Virus record (IMG/VR): IMGVR_UViG_3300025892_000010
Source of the DNA: a virus
Reading direction: 5' to 3' (one strand)
DNA length: 64,000 nt
Made by a program: the position numbers and the translations under genes. This document shows, one piece after another, positions 59,248 through 64,000 of the stretch (the first letter of the stretch is position 1; every line of letters begins with the position of its first letter). The notes under the pieces were generated by a model. That model worked only from the letters and a program-made list of their open reading frames with translations. It was not told the DNA's origin and did not search any database.

Positions 59248-59442
59248 CTATTTTTTCTCTGTCTCGTTTTTAAGTAATTCTACGATTTTTTTATTGTAAT
59301 AGTCAGTTAGTACATCAATCTTTTCAATTTCTAGTGTGTGTCTAGTCTTGTTAACTTGAATTTCTTGTCTTACTACCAAACAATTCTGTAAATCGGGACT
59401 AAATTTAGTCTCGTCATATTCTTTACCATCAATTGTAATCAT
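59248..59442 (-). CDS. Small coiled-coil hypothetical protein (true start MITIDGKEY)
   Basis: SD AAGGAG and late promoter upstream of ATG 59442. Confidence 0.6.
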   Translation of the reverse strand: MITIDGKEYDETKFSPDLQNCLVVRQEIQVNKTRHTLEIEKIDVLTDYYNKKIVELLKNETEKK

Positions 59443-59506
59443 TTCAATTCTCCTTCTTATACTATTATTTATATGATAAATACTAGTAGATACTGGAGAA
59501 AATATA

Positions 59507-60316
59507 ATGAAAATGCGATATTTAAATAATTGGGCTATTGAACTATCAGATATTGATATATCAAAAGCAACAACACAAATAGCACACCTTATTACCAATC
59601 TTACTTTAGAACATATGGTTGTTGTTATACGTAATCAAAATCTAACACCACAACAACAAGTAGATTTTTGTAGTAAAATCGGTAAGTTTCAAGATACCGA
59701 TACAGATAGAGGTAAAGACTTATCTGTTTACAATGGAATATTAAGAGTCACCGGTAAGAAAAATGAAAGAGGTGAAGAAGGACTTTTTGGTCACACATCA
59801 GCATTGGATTGGCACGCCAACCAGGCCAGTAATTATGAACGTAAACCTTTAATATGGTTATATGGTGTTGAGGGTACTAAAGGCAGTAGAACTAGTTGGA
59901 TTAATAATATAAAATCTTACAATGCTTTAAGTGACGATATAAAAGAAAAAATTAAAGATATAAAAATTACTTTAGGTTATAAAAAAGGCTCTTATAGTAA
60001 TAGTAAGTTTTTTAAAGAACATCATCATAAAGATAGACCATTTAATTTAGTACACACTAATGACGCTGGTAAAAAAGGATTATACTTTCCTTATTTACAA
60101 GTTTTTGGTGGTTTAGATGATGAGTTATTTGATACTTTAAAAAATCATATACTAAAAGATGAGTTTAGATATGACCACGATTGGCAAGATGGTGATATAG
60201 TGTTAAGTGAACAATGGTTAAGTATTCACAAAAGATGGTCTTTTGAAGAAATGGAAAAAAGAATACTACATAGAATAGCTTTTGACTACTCTAATGTCAC
60301 TCTACATAAGCTCTAA
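59507..60316 (+). CDS. TauD/TfdA-family dioxygenase
   Basis: VVVIRNQNLTPQQQ, LDWHAN, HDWQDGDIVL...SIHKR, RILHR. Confidence 0.82.
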   Translation: MKMRYLNNWAIELSDIDISKATTQIAHLITNLTLEHMVVVIRNQNLTPQQQVDFCSKIGKFQDTDTDRGKDLSVYNGILRVTGKKNERGEEGLFGHTSALDWHANQASNYERKPLIWLYGVEGTKGSRTSWINNIKSYNALSDDIKEKIKDIKITLGYKKGSYSNSKFFKEHHHKDRPFNLVHTNDAGKKGLYFPYLQVFGGLDDELFDTLKNHILKDEFRYDHDWQDGDIVLSEQWLSIHKRWSFEEMEKRILHRIAFDYSNVTLHKL

Positions 60317-60920
60317 AAATTATTCTTTCGCCTGTTTCATATTTAAATGGTGTTCGTCTATGTAATAGTGTAAAGTTATTTGCAATTACTAATCTATTTG
60401 TTTTCCATTGAACTTCTTGTATCTCATTTGATAAGACAGCATTTTGTAATTCTTTATATACATTTTCATCAAGATTAGCCATTTCATTCCAACGTGTGAA
60501 ATACCCTTGTTCATCTTTACCAACAATTTCTTTTTCACCTTTGTATATTCTTCTTAAATATAATCTTTGGTCTAGTTTAGAATCAAACTTATAAAATCTA
60601 CCCTCATCAATAGGTTTTTTAAAATTGAAAGTACATTTAAGACTTTCATATTTTTTACCTAATTCATCTGATATTCTGGAAGAAATGTATTGAGTAGTAG
60701 GACATTTATCAGACGCCATCTTACACCACAATGCTTGATAGTTTGGTTGATTTTCAGTTTGTAATCCATCTTGGTGCCATAACTGATTAGGTATATCAGT
60801 AGTTTCTTTAGAAGTTATTTCCGGCAAATCAATCATATCTTTTACTTTGCCATACTTACTCATATATTGTTTAGCGTCATCTAAACTTTCTATGTTATCT
60901 ATGATTTCAATATCTCGCAT
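60297..60920 (-). CDS. Short TauD-like dioxygenase
   Basis: WHQDG, WKTNRLVIANNFTLLHRR. Confidence 0.7.
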   Translation of the reverse strand: MRDIEIIDNIESLDDAKQYMSKYGKVKDMIDLPEITSKETTDIPNQLWHQDGLQTENQPNYQALWCKMASDKCPTTQYISSRISDELGKKYESLKCTFNFKKPIDEGRFYKFDSKLDQRLYLRRIYKGEKEIVGKDEQGYFTRWNEMANLDENVYKELQNAVLSNEIQEVQWKTNRLVIANNFTLLHRRTPFKYETGERIIFRAYVE

Positions 60921-61402
60921 ACTTCTTGTTGAACTCCGTTAACGTCTCTATGTCCTTCTAATTGATTATATTGCCAACCATCAGGTAAAAATTGTGTCGC
61001 ATATTGAATAGTTAAAGCCATAGTTTTTCCTGTTCTTTTATATAATTCTGTTGACCAAAATAATTTCTTATAACCTAATTTATCTGCAATTTCTATTTGA
61101 TAAGGTGCTAAGTATTTCCAAGGATATCTTACTCTTTCACCTCTTACTTTGTATTGTCTATATTCTGGTGTAATATAACATCTACTATTTACTCTAGCAG
61201 TACCATCTTTCCACTTTTGTAATCCACTAAAACCTACTAACTGGCCGTCATCATACAATAAACAAAAGCAAATCATTTGATTTAACTTTAATTGTTTCAA
61301 TGTGTAATTAGCTTTTAATTTATCTTTGCTTTGTGCTATATTATCTAACAACCATTGAGGTGGTGTGCCTTCAATTATTTTAAACATCTTTCTATTATCC
61401 AA
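60899..61402 (-). CDS. GNAT-like acyltransferase
   Basis: DDGQLVGFSGL...RCYITPEYR. Confidence 0.5.
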   Translation of the reverse strand: MDNRKMFKIIEGTPPQWLLDNIAQSKDKLKANYTLKQLKLNQMICFCLLYDDGQLVGFSGLQKWKDGTARVNSRCYITPEYRQYKVRGERVRYPWKYLAPYQIEIADKLGYKKLFWSTELYKRTGKTMALTIQYATQFLPDGWQYNQLEGHRDVNGVQQEVCEILKS

Positions 61403-62004
61403 CCTGATATATCATATTCACTTAATCTAATTTTATTAGGATTTTTATGATGAATATTATGGTGTCCTTCACCAGCAGATAACAAGTTAATAAAATAATT
61501 TGTTACCGGTTTTTCATCTTTATGACCTAATGCATTGAACAAACCATAACTAATAAAGCCTAATACTAAAGGTGATAATACAAATATAAAAAATACTTGA
61601 AAACTAATTAGTGATGTAGCAACTGCCGTGGCAATATGCAATTTTAACCAATGTTTATGAAAAAACATTATTCTAGGATTTCTATATAAATCTTTAACGA
61701 ACCCTCTATCTATTTTTTCAACTTTCCAATTATTTAAAAGAACGTTCCAGAAACCTTTGTGAGTTGGAGAGTGAGGGTCTTTTTCTGTATCTGAAAATTT
61801 ATGATGTATTCTGTGAGCACCAATCCAACCTACTGGCGACCTAGAGAAAGCCAGCATAGATAAAAACAATGAAATGACTTCAAATGTTTTACTTGTTTGA
61901 AATTGATTATGTGCGAAACGTCTGTGAAGACCGATAGATAAACCAAATATAGCAATCAATTGATACCATATAAAGCCTAGTACCAGCATAATTATGATGG
62001 CCAT
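61375..62004 (-). CDS. Membrane fatty-acid desaturase (delta9/DesC-like)
   Basis: His boxes HRRFAH, HRIHH, HHNIHH; DPHSP. Confidence 0.9.
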   Translation of the reverse strand: MAIIIMLVLGFIWYQLIAIFGLSIGLHRRFAHNQFQTSKTFEVISLFLSMLAFSRSPVGWIGAHRIHHKFSDTEKDPHSPTHKGFWNVLLNNWKVEKIDRGFVKDLYRNPRIMFFHKHWLKLHIATAVATSLISFQVFFIFVLSPLVLGFISYGLFNALGHKDEKPVTNYFINLLSAGEGHHNIHHKNPNKIRLSEYDISGWIIERCLK

Positions 62005-62007
62005 TTT

Positions 62008-62298
62008 TTACTCTTCGGTTTCTAATATAATATTGTTAAGACCACAATATGTATTTCTGCCTGCTCTACTATCTATTGATACATCTTCATTTAAAAAGTT
62101 ATCAAGGGCATTAGTATCTTTAAATGTAAATGTCATAGTTTTTTTCAAACCATCAGCTGACTCTTCATTTAAATTATAACTTTCAATTTCTCCAGCCGCT
62201 ACTAATTCATCTAGTCTAGTAATTACTTCAGCACCTGGCGTAAAGAATCCTACTGCTATATTAGGTCTAGTTTGTTTTACTCTGTTTATAATGCTCAT
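62008..62298 (-). CDS. Hypothetical protein
   Basis: Clean ORF 5 nt downstream of TATAAATA. Confidence 0.6.
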   Translation of the reverse strand: MSIINRVKQTRPNIAVGFFTPGAEVITRLDELVAAGEIESYNLNEESADGLKKTMTFTFKDTNALDNFLNEDVSIDSRAGRNTYCGLNNIILETEE

Positions 62299-62306
62299 AT
62301 GTTTAT

Positions 62307-63101
62307 TTATACTCCTTTTACAAATAGTTTTTCCGATACTATCTCATTTACAGGCTTGCCAAATAATTTATTTCTGGTATACTCACAGGTGTTGTGATTC
62401 AAGTCCAACCAAGGAGTAATTCCTATAACCAAATTAATTCTAGGTTGTTCGTTTTCAACTTTCTTGACAATGGTAGCCCGGTGTGGTTTTCTTGTATTCC
62501 AAAGATAAACTTTTCCAATTTCCAATTTATACGTCTTGTCTGACCACTCTATAACATATTCATCACTTGTTTGTAATGGTATGTTAATTCTTAACAATTG
62601 ACAGGTTGGTTCATCTACGTGCCAGCCTCTATTGTTTGGTTCTTCACCATATCCAAAAATATAGGCAACCCGACTTCTCGCCATCGGAAAATTAAATTTT
62701 TCTAAAAAGAAACCAAGATGTTCTTTTATTACTTCATCTATCTTACAAAAACCAAACGTATCGTGATAAGTGTCCTTTAGTTGTTTGTGTTCACCTGCGC
62801 CTTTTTCTAATCCAAAATATTGTGTTGTTAAAGGCGACCCCCATACTTGACCATATCTACTCTGTTCTTTGTCTATAAAGTTAGGATTATATGTTAATCC
62901 AAAACCTTTATATTTTTCGTATGTGAAATCTTTTGTTTTCCAAGGAGATAAACCGACTTTAGATTCTATCTTTTTTACAGCTTCTAATATGTCTTTTGCT
63001 GGTGGTAAGTTTAATTCTTCTAATGTAAACTCTTGCCAACCAAAATTATCCTGTTTATCGTCTGTACCATCAAATAGCTTTTTCACTTCATTTATAACCA
63101 T
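62307..63101 (-). CDS. Asp/Asn beta-hydroxylase-like 2OG-Fe(II) oxygenase (true start MVINEV at 63101)
   Basis: WHVD, RINIPLQT, WNTRKPHRA, RINL. Confidence 0.7.
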   Translation of the reverse strand: MVINEVKKLFDGTDDKQDNFGWQEFTLEELNLPPAKDILEAVKKIESKVGLSPWKTKDFTYEKYKGFGLTYNPNFIDKEQSRYGQVWGSPLTTQYFGLEKGAGEHKQLKDTYHDTFGFCKIDEVIKEHLGFFLEKFNFPMARSRVAYIFGYGEEPNNRGWHVDEPTCQLLRINIPLQTSDEYVIEWSDKTYKLEIGKVYLWNTRKPHRATIVKKVENEQPRINLVIGITPWLDLNHNTCEYTRNKLFGKPVNEIVSEKLFVKGV

Positions 63102-63106
63102 ACGGA

Positions 63107-63120
63107 TATTTATATAAATA
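63107..63120. promoter_or_regulatory. Palindromic bidirectional late promoter
   Basis: TATTTATATAAATA reads TATAAATA on both strands, with an ATG 5 nt away on each side. Confidence 0.7.
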
Positions 63121-63125
63121 GTGGA

Positions 63126-64000
63126 ATGATTAATATAGTATGTACCAGTAAGCCTGGTGATGGATTGCTTTGTTATAGTTATGAGCATTGTTGTTATTTA
63201 AATTCTATTGGCATTAAAAGCCAAGTGGTAATTATCACACATCACAACTTTACAATACAAAATTATATAGACTCAATAAATGAGAAATATAAGACCTATG
63301 AAAATGTGGTCTTTAACTCATATTCTCCAACTATGGAAGAAATTACTTTGATTATGGGTAGAAGTATGTTGACACTATCATATATCAATAGAAAAGATTA
63401 TACAAACGACCAAATGTTAACTCTACATCTACTATTTGGTTGCAAACTTATATCTGTTTATTCTGAAAATCACGTCAAAGAATATCCATTAGCTTTAGAA
63501 CATTACAATCCAAAAGAAGTCTATGACTTATGCGATTGGGACGTTTACCCCAATGGTGTTGGTGCTCAATATGAAAAAATGATTAATTTTGAAGAGTATA
63601 AACCAGTAAAAAATGACGTACAATTTGAGTATCTATTTTTAGGCACAAATAACGTGTATTATAAAGAGGTAGATAGATGGATAAAAGAGTGTCCTAATTG
63701 TTTTAAATCACACGGAATATTGACATATGACGAGGATTATACTATAATGGATTACAATAATATAATTGCGCCTGTTCATAACTTATTAGGTCTTTTTAAC
63801 ACTTATGTTTATACAAAGAACTATTATGACCCAGCGCCAAGACTTATACAAGAATGTAAATGGTTGGGTAAAAATATAGAATATTTGAGAGATAAAAATA
63901 TAAAAGATGGCGGTCCTGTTTATATGAAACGGCCGGTGCCTACAAAAGAAATGTACAAAGAGAACGCAAAAGTATTAGTAGATTTAATTAAGAGTATATA
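63126..64000 (+). CDS. Hypothetical protein, possibly glycosyltransferase-like; runs to window edge; not in ORF track
   Basis: Hand translation MINIVCTSKPGDGLLCYSYEH...YDPAPRLIQECKWLGK...; open to 64000. Confidence 0.65.
   Translation, partial: MINIVCTSKPGDGLLCYSYEHCCYLNSIGIKSQVVIITHHNFTIQNYIDSINEKYKTYENVVFNSYSPTMEEITLIMGRSMLTLSYINRKDYTNDQMLTLHLLFGCKLISVYSENHVKEYPLALEHYNPKEVYDLCDWDVYPNGVGAQYEKMINFEEYKPVKNDVQFEYLFLGTNNVYYKEVDRWIKECPNCFKSHGILTYDEDYTIMDYNNIIAPVHNLLGLFNTYVYTKNYYDPAPRLIQECKWLGKNIEYLRDKNIKDGGPVYMKRPVPTKEMYKENAKVLVDLIKSI

Noticed and set aside
1-64000. Stop-codon reassignment
   Set aside because: Core genes translate full length in the standard code and no suppressor tRNA is present

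Overview
AT-rich window from the core of a T4-like myovirus genome, almost entirely on the minus strand. Gene content (bS21, peptide deformylase, Hsp20, CobS/CobT-like pair, ThyX, 2Fe-2S ferredoxin, HemO/PcyX, no photosystem genes) suggests a marine alphaproteobacterial phage resembling SAR11 phage HTVC008M; the host is an inference. In transcription order (right to left) it holds an oxygenase/desaturase/acyltransferase island (59.5-64 kb), tail-fibre and RCC1-repeat adhesin genes (42-59 kb), a globin-like/heme oxygenase/bilin reductase cassette (40-42 kb), neck-tail-terminase-head genes gp13-gp23 and gp3, uvsY/uvsW, gp55, gp47/46, auxiliary genes, the gp45-44-62-regA-gp43 replisome, and a GNAT/MT-A70/ThyX/DUF4338 block. 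Reading the DNA directly adds items absent from the ORF track: a tRNA-Gly with the rare ACC anticodon, a ~340-nt ncRNA region of tandem pseudoknots, several small ORFs, sigma70 and gp55 promoters (including a palindromic bidirectional late promoter for two apparently leaderless genes), and strong avoidance of several short sites with an exemption for those overlapping GGAT. All family assignments come from motif recognition by eye; no searches were run.
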